From a candidate division FCPU426 bacterium (lineage in GTDB: Bacteria > Oederibacteriota > PGYV01 > Palsa-1178), in assembly GCA_963840035.1 (NCBI GenBank), contig CAWIXE010000002.1, positions 224,001 through 288,000 of the forward strand: a stretch of 64,000 nt of DNA, written 5' to 3'. Below, piece after piece: positions 30,684 through 39,072 of the stretch (the stretch's first letter is position 1; the number at the start of each line of letters is the position of its first letter). Made by a program: the position numbers and the translations under genes. The notes beneath the pieces are model-generated. The model saw nothing but the letters and a program-made list of their open reading frames with translations, was not told the DNA's origin and made no database searches.

Positions 30684-31031
30684 ATGGCCACTGATAAAAG
30701 CTTTGCTGATTTTGTCCTGGACCAGATGCGGGGCGCGGGCACGGCTACCTGCAAAAAGATGTTCGGCGAGTACGGGGTGTATTTGAATTCCGTTATTGTC
30801 GGGCTCATATGCGATAATCAGTTTTTTGCCAAACCTACTGCCGCGGGCAGGGCTTATATAGAGTCAAGCAGCCGCCTTTCAGAAGCGCCTCCTTATACCG
30901 GCGCTAAAAAATACTTCCTCATAGATGACAAACTCGACGACCCGGCGTGGATGAGCGGGCTGATGAAAGCTTCTTACGCGGAGCTGGCTGTTTTGGAAAA
31001 AGGGAAGAAGAAGGCAAAGAAGAGAAAGTAA
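30684..31031 (+). CDS. TfoX N-terminal domain protein
   Basis: KKMFGEYGVY...GLICDNQFFAKPT..GR...APPY.GAK. Confidence 0.9.
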   Translation: MATDKSFADFVLDQMRGAGTATCKKMFGEYGVYLNSVIVGLICDNQFFAKPTAAGRAYIESSSRLSEAPPYTGAKKYFLIDDKLDDPAWMSGLMKASYAELAVLEKGKKKAKKRK

Positions 31032-31084
31032 GGGGCCAAAGACCCGCGTGCGTACTAAAAACAAATACATAAAGCCGACGTTTC

Positions 31085-31180
31085 GGGCGAGCCACCGGCT
31101 CGCCCCTACGAAGGCAGAGCGGCTTGTTCTCGTAGGGGCGAGTCGGTGACTCGCCCGGGTTTAGATTTAAGAACGCAAAC
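31085..31180. repeat. Inverted pair of GTAGGGGCGAG REP-like hairpins
   Basis: 31085..31109 (CTAC end) and 31132..31156 (GTAG start). Confidence 0.8.
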
Positions 31181-31227
31181 CACACCGACCGAAAGTCTAT
31201 AAATCTTTCATTAAACCCATTGCTCCG

Positions 31228-31256
31228 TTGACATTGCTCGTGAATGCATTTAAAAT
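31228..31256 (+). promoter_or_regulatory. Sigma70-type promoter
   Basis: TTGACA-17 bp-TAAAAT shortly upstream of the ATG at 31292. Confidence 0.7.
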
Positions 31257-31291
31257 GTCATGTGTTTTATACTAAATAAACGGGGTGGAAA

Positions 31292-31969
31292 ATGAAAAAA
31301 GTTATTTCGATTTTGCTGGTTGTCCTTGTTTTTGTTTTTATCGGATGTAAAAAGGAAAATAAACCGTCAGACCCTTCGGCTGCGGTTAATACGAGTACCA
31401 TTACGCCGACTCACTCGGTCTCTCCGACCATAACTATTACACCGACTGCTACCACGACTGCCACTGGTACTTTTACAACGACGCCCACGGCTACCAGGAC
31501 CCCGGGATGCGTTTATAAAATCGGAAACAACAGCGAAGATACTTCAAATACCGCTAATTTGTCGCTGGTTTACGCCGAGCCATATACGCCGTCTTCAACC
31601 GTTATAATTAATACGCTTTCAATGACCGTGCAGTCAGCTACACGGTACTGGATAGCGTTGTATTCCGATAACAGCGGCGAGCCGGGAAGCATGATAACTT
31701 CGACCGGGATAAAGCCGGCTGCCGGAACCGGGGTGTTAAGCGGACAGATACCTGAACAGACACTCACAGGCGGCACGCAATACTGGCTGGTGGCACGTCC
31801 TGAAACCAACAGCGTCACTTATGATGTGATACCCGACTTCGCGCACAGGTACATAGAGTATGGCTTTAATACCATAGAAAGCGGCACCCCGCCTCCAAGC
31901 GGAGCCGCGTGGATTTACGAAACAGGCTTCAGCATGCATGTGAGCGCGTCGTACTGCAATAATTACTAA
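31292..31969 (+). CDS. Lipoprotein with a Thr/Pro-rich linker
   Basis: Lipobox FIGC; TPTATTTATGTFTTTPTATRTP; ALYSDNSGEPG...LTGGTQYWL. Confidence 0.75.
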   Translation: MKKVISILLVVLVFVFIGCKKENKPSDPSAAVNTSTITPTHSVSPTITITPTATTTATGTFTTTPTATRTPGCVYKIGNNSEDTSNTANLSLVYAEPYTPSSTVIINTLSMTVQSATRYWIALYSDNSGEPGSMITSTGIKPAAGTGVLSGQIPEQTLTGGTQYWLVARPETNSVTYDVIPDFAHRYIEYGFNTIESGTPPPSGAAWIYETGFSMHVSASYCNNY

Positions 31970-32031
31970 ATAATACGGTTTTGTAGAGAGGGGGCTTGCC
32001 CCCTCTAATACCGGGGATATGAAAGCGGAAA

Positions 32032-32106
32032 GCTTTTATCACTCCTGTGGCGTTAGATAATCGAAAATCGAAAATTGATCAGCAGGCTTGGAAGGCTGAT
32101 GATAAT
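32032..32106 (+). promoter_or_regulatory. Shared 75-bp upstream element, copy 2
   Basis: GCTTTTATC...GCGTTAGATAATCGAAAATCGAAAATTGATCAGCAGGCTTGGAAGG...GATAAT. Confidence 0.65.
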
Positions 32107-32120
32107 AGGAGATTTCACGC

Positions 32121-32462
32121 ATGGTATCACCTGAAAAAATACAGGAGTTAGAGGCGAAGTTTAAGGCGCTTAAGATACTTCCATCCGACATCATAGAAAA
32201 GTTCATGACCTCCGGCAATAAGGGAGGGCAGAAGGCAAATAAGACTTCCAACACCGTTTACTTAAAACACATCCCCACCGGCATAGAAGTCAAGTGCAAG
32301 GAATCGCGGGAGCGGGAACTTAACAGGTTTTTAGCGCGGCGGATACTGGCTTATAAAATCGAGGAAAAGCTTACCGGGTACTCGGACCGGATGAAGGAAT
32401 ATGAGAAGATACGAAAGCGTAAGGCGCGCTCGAAAAGGAAATCGAATCAAAAGTGGGAGTGA
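32121..32462 (+). CDS. Short class-I release-factor-like peptidyl-tRNA hydrolase (ArfB/C12orf65-like)
   Basis: SGNKGGQKANKTSNTVYLKHIPTGIEVKC..SR....NR..AR; basic tail KIRKRKARSKRK. Confidence 0.88.
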   Translation: MVSPEKIQELEAKFKALKILPSDIIEKFMTSGNKGGQKANKTSNTVYLKHIPTGIEVKCKESRERELNRFLARRILAYKIEEKLTGYSDRMKEYEKIRKRKARSKRKSNQKWE

Positions 32463-32480
32463 GGGCGGGGTGGGAATTGG

Positions 32481-32700
32481 GGCTCAAGTGGTTATAGGGC
32501 TATTGGGCTCAAGTGGTTATAGAACTTTTGGGATCAATGTTAAACTTCTTTTTAAACCTGGTTTTTAACAAACTAAATTTTTACTACTCCTTGAGCTTTG
32601 AGCCAACCACTTCACGACCACTTGAGCATTGAGCAACCCTCATCACAACCACTTGAGCTTTGAGCAACCAACCCACCAACATACCCACCTAATCCCAACA
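32481..32700. repeat. GCTCAAG/CTTGAGC inverted low-complexity element
   Basis: 2 x 25-bp GGCTCAAGTGGTTATAGGGCTATTG, centre CCTGGTTTTTAA, right arm of CTTGAGC units. Confidence 0.8.
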
Positions 32701-32805
32701 TCCAGCGCAAGGCGAAATAAGTCCACATAATGGGGCTTCTGCTTTTTCTGCCGGTGGTATACTTTTTATATAAGAGCTGTGTTGATGCTGTTTTGGAGAA
32801 TATAA

Positions 32806-34506
32806 ATGACTTATACTGAAAGTCCGGTAATGACCGCCAACCGTTTTGAAAAACGGTTCGTTTTGTTGAGTAAAATTTTTGCTTATTTGACCGTTATCGT
32901 CGGGTTGCTGGTGCTGATCGGATGGACATTCAATGACCGGATATTAAAGAGCATCGATATTTCTTCAATAACCATGAAGGTGAATACCGCCATAACCTTT
33001 ATGCTTGCCGGGCTGTCCCTTATGCTGCTCATGGACGGCGGTAAAAACACACCGCAGCACCGCGCGGGCATAATCCTTATATTAATCTTCCTGCTCATCA
33101 GCATGCTGACCCTTACTCAGGACATTTTCAGGCTTGACTTCAGGATCGATCAGCTTCTTTTTAAGGATAACGCAAACTTAGCCGGGACCGTAGCGCCCGG
33201 CAGGATGTCGCCGTCCACCGCGGTGTGCTTTATCTTGTTTGCCGTATCACTCCTGCTGCTGGACGCTGGCAAATCCCGGGTCTTTTTATTGGGGCGGTTA
33301 TGTGCTTTTGCCGCCGGTTTTATATCTTTCTTTCTTATGACCTGCCACTTATTCGGTGTTTCTGTTTTATTGGGAAGGCAGCAGTTTACAGGGATGTCGT
33401 TTTATGCTTCAGTGGCATTATTTATATTTTTTTTGGGGGTGGTTTTTGCCAGGCCGGGCAGAGGCGTCATTAAGGAACTTGCGGCAGACAACCCGGGCGG
33501 TATTGTGCTGAGGTATTCCATGCCTTCATTAACAGCCCTGATGTTATTTTTGGGGTGGCTGAAGGTTAACGGGGAAAATAGGGGTATTTTTGATTCCCAT
33601 TACGGCGATTCGATTTTCACTGTGATAAGGACGGTAATTGTGATATTCATCGCGTACCTGGTTTCAAAGTTTGTAAATAAATACTACAGGGAGCGGATAG
33701 AAAAGGACGATGCATTGTTTGAAATCCAGGTAAAATACACGGATATCGCGGAAGTTGACCGCCTTAAGTCCCAGTTCATAGCGGTCATATCCCATGAACT
33801 CCGTACGCCCCTTACCATCATAAAAGGATTCAGCGCGTTCCTGAATAACGGCAGCGCCGGGCTTCTGAATGAGCGGCAAAAAGAATATGTCGGCATCATA
33901 AAACATAACACGGAACGGCTCGGGAATATAATATCTGAAATGACGGATATTTCCAGGATAGAAACCGGAATCTTTACCATGGAGAAAGGGATGCACTCCA
34001 TGAAGCTCCTCGTTGACCGCTGCGTAAACGACATAGGGCACATAGCGCAGAGCGCAGGGGTTACGGTAAGCGGACTGACCCTGCCTGAAAATCTTGTCAT
34101 GAACATAGACGCGCCCCGGATGGAGCAGGTCGTTATGAACCTTCTTAATAACGCGGTCAAATTTTCAAATAAAGGCGGCAGGGTAACGGCGGCTGTTAAT
34201 TACCCGTATATGGGCCAGGGGCCTATGAATGAACCCGGATTTTTGCCGGATAAAGAAAAATACGCGCTCTTATCAGTGACTGATACCGGTTCAGGAGTTG
34301 ATCAGGCTGATGTGGGGAAAATATTCAGCAGGTTCTTTCAGGCTGAGGAGCATACGACAAGGCACTACCAGGGTATGGGCCTTGGTTTATACATAGCGAA
34401 AAATATTATCACAGGCCACGGCGGATTTATATGGGCGGAATCCCGGGGCAGGGACATGGGAACGACCATAAACGCGCTCATACCGGATACTGACTGTAAG
34501 CCATAG
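32806..34506 (+). CDS. Membrane sensor histidine kinase
   Basis: Multiple TM helices; SHELRTPL, NLLNNAVKFS, DTGSG, GMGLGL. Confidence 0.95.
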   Translation: MTYTESPVMTANRFEKRFVLLSKIFAYLTVIVGLLVLIGWTFNDRILKSIDISSITMKVNTAITFMLAGLSLMLLMDGGKNTPQHRAGIILILIFLLISMLTLTQDIFRLDFRIDQLLFKDNANLAGTVAPGRMSPSTAVCFILFAVSLLLLDAGKSRVFLLGRLCAFAAGFISFFLMTCHLFGVSVLLGRQQFTGMSFYASVALFIFFLGVVFARPGRGVIKELAADNPGGIVLRYSMPSLTALMLFLGWLKVNGENRGIFDSHYGDSIFTVIRTVIVIFIAYLVSKFVNKYYRERIEKDDALFEIQVKYTDIAEVDRLKSQFIAVISHELRTPLTIIKGFSAFLNNGSAGLLNERQKEYVGIIKHNTERLGNIISEMTDISRIETGIFTMEKGMHSMKLLVDRCVNDIGHIAQSAGVTVSGLTLPENLVMNIDAPRMEQVVMNLLNNAVKFSNKGGRVTAAVNYPYMGQGPMNEPGFLPDKEKYALLSVTDTGSGVDQADVGKIFSRFFQAEEHTTRHYQGMGLGLYIAKNIITGHGGFIWAESRGRDMGTTINALIPDTDCKP

Positions 34507-34638
34507 AGCCCGTATCACGCGGAAATAATAAGTCGGTTATTTGGGGAATCAGGGCATACCGGATAAAGCATCGCGGGTGTATCGTTAATGAGTGGGATAT
34601 ATAAGACAGTGGCGCGATGGCGCGGGCGATGGTGCGAT

Positions 34639-35052
34639 ATGTCAGATAAAAAAACAATAGTGATAGCGGATGATGAACCGAATATCCTTTCAGCGGTATA
34701 CGACACGCTTTCTGACGATTACGACGTAATAACGGCCACGGACGGAAAACTTGCCCTGGCGGCGATAAAGAAACACGTGCCGGATATGGTCATCCTTGAC
34801 GTTATGATGCCGGGAATCGACGGCGTGGATGTATGCAGGATGATGAAAAATGACAGCAAACTCTCATCAATACCGGTCATATTCCTTACGGCAAAGGGGC
34901 AGATGATGGATATAGAAAGGGGCTTTAAGTCGGGCATAGACGCATATATCATCAAACCTTTCTCGCCTGAAAAACTGATGGAAAAGATTGCGGGACTCTT
35001 TAAGTTGGCGGGTATGAACGAAAAACTTCAAAAAGCAAAAATGGGCCAGTGA
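34639..35052 (+). CDS. Single-domain response regulator
   Basis: IADDE, LDVMMPGIDG, FLTAK, YIIKPF. Confidence 0.93.
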   Translation: MSDKKTIVIADDEPNILSAVYDTLSDDYDVITATDGKLALAAIKKHVPDMVILDVMMPGIDGVDVCRMMKNDSKLSSIPVIFLTAKGQMMDIERGFKSGIDAYIIKPFSPEKLMEKIAGLFKLAGMNEKLQKAKMGQ

Positions 35053-35080
35053 ACAAATATCAATTATTAAGGGGGGAAAG

Positions 35081-35695
35081 ATGAGAAAGATACAGCTTGC
35101 AGTAATGGTTTTGATTGTGGTGCTTCTTGGTTTCGCGGCGGGAATTAAAGCGGAGTTCAGGATGGGATTTTCCGCCAATACCGCGGGGGAAAATGGCTTT
35201 TACCTTTCAATAGGCCAGTATAATAATGTGCCTGAACAGGAAGTTTATGTAGTGCGGCAGCAGGGAATACCGGATGACGAACTGGCTGTGGTGTTTTTCG
35301 TGGCTTCAAAAGCCGGCGTGCCTTACGGGCAGGTCGTGAAATTAAGGAAACAGGGATGGAACTGGATGAAGATAGCAAAAAAATACAGGCTCGACGCCTC
35401 TGTTTTCTACATGCCCATAAACGGGCACGCTAACGGCAGGGTATATGGAAAGCCCTACGGATACTTTCTGGTAACCCCCCGGAATAAATGGAATAAGATA
35501 AATCTCTCGGACGCGGAAGTATCGAACTTTGTGAACCTGCGTTTTGTGTCGGAGCATTATGGTTACGCGCCCGAGCAGGTCATAAAAATGAGGGAAGAGG
35601 GCAGGGATTTTAGTGCAATAAATAATGAAGTAAAGGCGATAAAGTCGAAAAACGGGAAATCATCAAAGATGAAAAAAGGCAAAGGGAACAAATAG
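35081..35695 (+). CDS. Secreted hypothetical protein
   Basis: Signal peptide; repeated VVKLRKQGWNW/VIKMREEGRDF motif; basic tail. Confidence 0.7.
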   Translation: MRKIQLAVMVLIVVLLGFAAGIKAEFRMGFSANTAGENGFYLSIGQYNNVPEQEVYVVRQQGIPDDELAVVFFVASKAGVPYGQVVKLRKQGWNWMKIAKKYRLDASVFYMPINGHANGRVYGKPYGYFLVTPRNKWNKINLSDAEVSNFVNLRFVSEHYGYAPEQVIKMREEGRDFSAINNEVKAIKSKNGKSSKMKKGKGNK

Positions 35696-36041
35696 GTATA
35701 AGGCGGAAGCAGGGCCCCGGCGGATTAAGGGCAATTAATAATTAACAATTTACAATTAACAATTATGGTGTGCTGTTGCACAGTTCATTATATTAAGGCA
35801 AGAAAAGAGGCCGCCTGTGGGCCTCTCAGGGCTGTACCTGAGCCGGGCGCGTTTGAGATGGGCACGGGTCCCATCTCAACGGATTTAATGAATAAAACAA
35901 ACAATCAAAAAAATCGCAATAAATACCCCTCAAGTTCCCCGCGTTTTATACGATGTATATATTACGGTTAAGCGATTTAAACAGGAACTTTTTGAGGGGC
36001 TGACTGTCATATATGTATAAGATAAAAACAAGGGGTGAGAA

Positions 36042-37334
36042 ATGAAAAGAACAATACCTGTACCCGCGGTCATTATTATCGCCTTTGTAATCGCCTTTAC
36101 CTCCCAGTCCTGCTCCAAAAAACACGGCGTCGGCTTAACTGAGCCCGCCAATAAATACACTGTCCAGTCGCTTGAGCCTAAAAAGGGAAATAATGTGTTT
36201 GCCGGGGATTTTTACACGGCGTGCAGGCCTGATGACACCAGCAATGTATTCTTCTCCCCGTATTCCATATTCTCAGCGCTTTCCATGACCTTTGAGGGGG
36301 CTAAAAATTCCACCGCGGATCAAATGGCGGCTGTACTTCACCTGCCTGCGGACGAGACAGCGCGCAGGAACGGCTTCGCGGAGCTTATGGGTACCATTAA
36401 CGCGCCGGGCAAGTCTTATTCCTTGAGCACGTCAAATAACCTCTGGCTTCAGAATGATTTTAATCTTTATCCATCCTATACATCGGTTCTGGGAGCATAT
36501 TATCAGGCTGCCATCACGAACCTGGATTTCGTTGGCGCGCCTGAGCCGTCAAGGCAGACCATAAACAATGCCGTCGCGGGCCAGACAAACAATAAAATAA
36601 CAAATCTCATCCCGCAGGGCGCCATAACCCTGGAGACCCGGCTGATACTAACCAACGCCATATATATGAAGGCTGACTGGGCGGTCAAGTTTGACGCCAA
36701 CCATACTTTCCCGGGCGATTTTTTTGTGGATGCCGGTACCACGGTCCAGCCGCAGTTAATGAACCAGGAAATGGGCGGGCATGTTGAGGACTATTATGGA
36801 AAAGCTCAGGTAATGGAACTTCCTTATGTCAATAACGAGCTTTCCATGTTTGTATTCCTCCCGCCGCAGGGCCAGATGGCCGCGCTGGAGGGCTTAATGA
36901 CCGGGGACAAACTTAACAGTTGGTTCGCGGACAGGGTTACAAATACCGCGGGGTTAATGAACAGGGTGGCGGTAACGCTCCCTAAATTTGAATTCACGGC
37001 AGACTATACGCTGACAACCATACTTGCGGGAATGGGAATGACAGACGCTTTCTCGCGGAATTCGGCGGATTTTTCCGGCATGGCGCCCATATCAGCGGAT
37101 AAAAGGCTCTTTATATCGGATGTTATACATAAAGCTTTTATCTCTGTAGGAGAGGACGGCACAGAGGCAGCGGCAACCACGGCGGTAATAATAGGGATTA
37201 CGACAAGCATATCCGTGCCCGAAATAATCCAGCCCGAGGTTTTCAGGGCTGACCATCCTTTCATATTTGTCATAAGGGAAAATACCACTAACGCCGTGCT
37301 CTTTATGGGACGGGTTATAGATCCTACTAGGTAG
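36042..37334 (+). CDS. Serpin family protease inhibitor, lipoprotein
   Basis: NVFFSPYSI, LTNAIY.KADW, LPKF, hinge EDGTEAAATT, FRADHPF, LFMGRV. Confidence 0.95.
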   Translation: MKRTIPVPAVIIIAFVIAFTSQSCSKKHGVGLTEPANKYTVQSLEPKKGNNVFAGDFYTACRPDDTSNVFFSPYSIFSALSMTFEGAKNSTADQMAAVLHLPADETARRNGFAELMGTINAPGKSYSLSTSNNLWLQNDFNLYPSYTSVLGAYYQAAITNLDFVGAPEPSRQTINNAVAGQTNNKITNLIPQGAITLETRLILTNAIYMKADWAVKFDANHTFPGDFFVDAGTTVQPQLMNQEMGGHVEDYYGKAQVMELPYVNNELSMFVFLPPQGQMAALEGLMTGDKLNSWFADRVTNTAGLMNRVAVTLPKFEFTADYTLTTILAGMGMTDAFSRNSADFSGMAPISADKRLFISDVIHKAFISVGEDGTEAAATTAVIIGITTSISVPEIIQPEVFRADHPFIFVIRENTTNAVLFMGRVIDPTR

Positions 37335-37344
37335 CAGAACTTAA

Positions 37345-37418
37345 GGCTTTATCCTTCTTGCGGCGTTCGATAATCGAAAATCGAGAATTGATCAGCAGGC
37401 TTGGATGGCCATAATAAT
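37345..37418 (+). promoter_or_regulatory. Shared 75-bp upstream element, copy 3
   Basis: GGCTTTATCC...GCGTTCGATAATCGAAAATCGAGAATTGATCAGCAGGCTTGGATGGCCATAATAAT. Confidence 0.65.
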
Positions 37419-37433
37419 TAAACCGGAGAAAAC

Positions 37434-37916
37434 ATGAAAAAAATATCTTTGATTGTTTCAGTTTTGTTGGCGGTTGTTTTGCTTGGGGGATGTTTGAAAG
37501 AATCTCCTACGGTGCCTTCGTTTGAACAAAAGGTAACGGCCGAGTATAACCATACCATTTACGGCATCGGCATAATTAAGTCCATTCACGCTTACACATA
37601 CGACGGGGCTGATTATAAACTTACGACAATGTCTTTGACCAGGGATGTTGAAACAACAACGGCCATAACAAAATCCGAGTTTGATTCGGCGGTATACGCA
37701 ACCGGCAGGATAACCGGGTTTACCGAGATCCCCGCGGCTGATTACCGGACGCTTAATCCGTCCATCGCGCACTGTTACAGAAGCCCGAACCTTGTCTGCA
37801 CCATATGCGGCGACGCTGCCGGGGTTATAGTGGTGGAAGGAAATGACAGGTCAAAGATAGGTTACGCAGACGCGAATGACGTAAGGGAGCTGGAGAGGTA
37901 TACGGAAGGATTTTAG
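37434..37916 (+). CDS. Lipoprotein, hypothetical
   Basis: Lipobox LGGC; GGAG RBS. Confidence 0.7.
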   Translation: MKKISLIVSVLLAVVLLGGCLKESPTVPSFEQKVTAEYNHTIYGIGIIKSIHAYTYDGADYKLTTMSLTRDVETTTAITKSEFDSAVYATGRITGFTEIPAADYRTLNPSIAHCYRSPNLVCTICGDAAGVIVVEGNDRSKIGYADANDVRELERYTEGF

Positions 37917-38202
37917 GCTCAAGTGGTTATAGGGCTATTAGGCTCAAGTGGTTATAGGGCTATTGGGCTCAAGTGGTTATGGAACTTGTGGGCTCAATGT
38001 TCAATGTTTTTTTAAACTTGGTTTTTAACAAGATAAATTTTTACAACTCCTTTCCTTGAGCCTTGAGCCAACCCGCGTCACAACTCCTTGAGCCTTGAGC
38101 CAACCCGCGTCACAACTCCTTGAGCCTTGAGCAAACCCGCGTCACAACTCCTTGAGCCTTGAGCAAACCCGCGTCACAACTCCTTGAGCCTTGAGCAAAC
38201 CC
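37916..38202. repeat. GCTCAAG/CTTGAGC inverted element with internally amplified arms
   Basis: 25-bp units at 37916, 37941, 37966; 32-bp units at 38054, 38086, 38118, 38150, 38182 (partial). Confidence 0.85.
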
Positions 38203-38239
38203 ACGCAAACCCCCGCCAACTCCTACAATCCGATAAAAA

Positions 38240-38268
38240 TTGACAAAAATCCTGCATAGCAGTATAAT
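38240..38268 (+). promoter_or_regulatory. Consensus sigma70 promoter of Ehr operon 1
   Basis: TTGACA-17 bp-TATAAT. Confidence 0.85.
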
Positions 38269-38403
38269 TTATTCTATTATCAACCGCAATAAATGGCTGT
38301 ATGGTTTTTGCGGCAGATTTAGGGGCAAAGTTTTTGGCCTTGAAAAAGGAGCGTTTATGAGGGATTTTGCGGCTTATTATATCCGATATTACGGGCGGCC
38401 ATT

Positions 38404-39072
38404 ATGGATTTGACGATAACGGATCTGGAAAAACTCCTTTTATTGTCCCGTTCCGAAATCAACAAATTCATCCATAAGAAGGAAATACCCTTTCAAAAAA
38501 TACGCGACGTGTTCTACTTCAATAAGCAGCAGGTTGTTGACTGGGCGCTGGGTCGGAACATGCCTTTAAACCTTTCTGAGAGCGTTAAAATGTCGGATTA
38601 CCGCGTGGAAACCCTCAAACCGCTGCTCGGGCCGGAATCATTTCATTATGGATGCGAACTTGCCGAAGGGGATTACATAGATAAAATTGTGGGCTTAATC
38701 AAGCTGGACAAGGGCGTGGATAAGGACATTGTAATAAAGCTTTTAAAGGGAAGGGAAGAGCTCATGAGCACAGCCATAGGAAACGGCATCAGCATACCGC
38801 ACCCGCGCGTGCCGCTCATGCTCGGCGGCAACCGGCCGATCATAAATTTCTTTTTCCCGGCGCGGCCACTTGACCTGAAATCCCTTGACGCCAGGCCCGT
38901 GCACACCATAATACTGCTTGTCTCACAGACCATCAAGCAGCACTTAAGCCTGCTCGCGCACATAAGCTTCCTGCTCTCAAAAACAGAGTTCAGGCAGGCC
39001 CTTGAAAACAGGATGGGATATGAAAAAATAATGGAAATGATATCCTCCATAGAAGGCTCCAGGCATGCTTAG
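38404..39072 (+). CDS. HTH (excisionase-like) - PTS EIIA(Fru/Ntr) fusion, copy 1
   Basis: N-terminal HTH_17-like ..EIPFQKI...YFNKQQVVDW; REELMSTAIGNGISIPHPR; HLSLLAHIS. Confidence 0.88.
   Translation: MDLTITDLEKLLLLSRSEINKFIHKKEIPFQKIRDVFYFNKQQVVDWALGRNMPLNLSESVKMSDYRVETLKPLLGPESFHYGCELAEGDYIDKIVGLIKLDKGVDKDIVIKLLKGREELMSTAIGNGISIPHPRVPLMLGGNRPIINFFFPARPLDLKSLDARPVHTIILLVSQTIKQHLSLLAHISFLLSKTEFRQALENRMGYEKIMEMISSIEGSRHA

Noticed and set aside
20571..37916. Classical integron
   Set aside because: No tyrosine integrase and no consistent RYYYAAC...GTTRRRY attC boundaries seen; hairpins are GTAG-tagged REP-like
38269..38403. Fluoride or other riboswitch ahead of the Ehr operons (also 46687..46750)
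   Set aside because: I could not match a riboswitch consensus by eye; an Rfam cmscan would settle it
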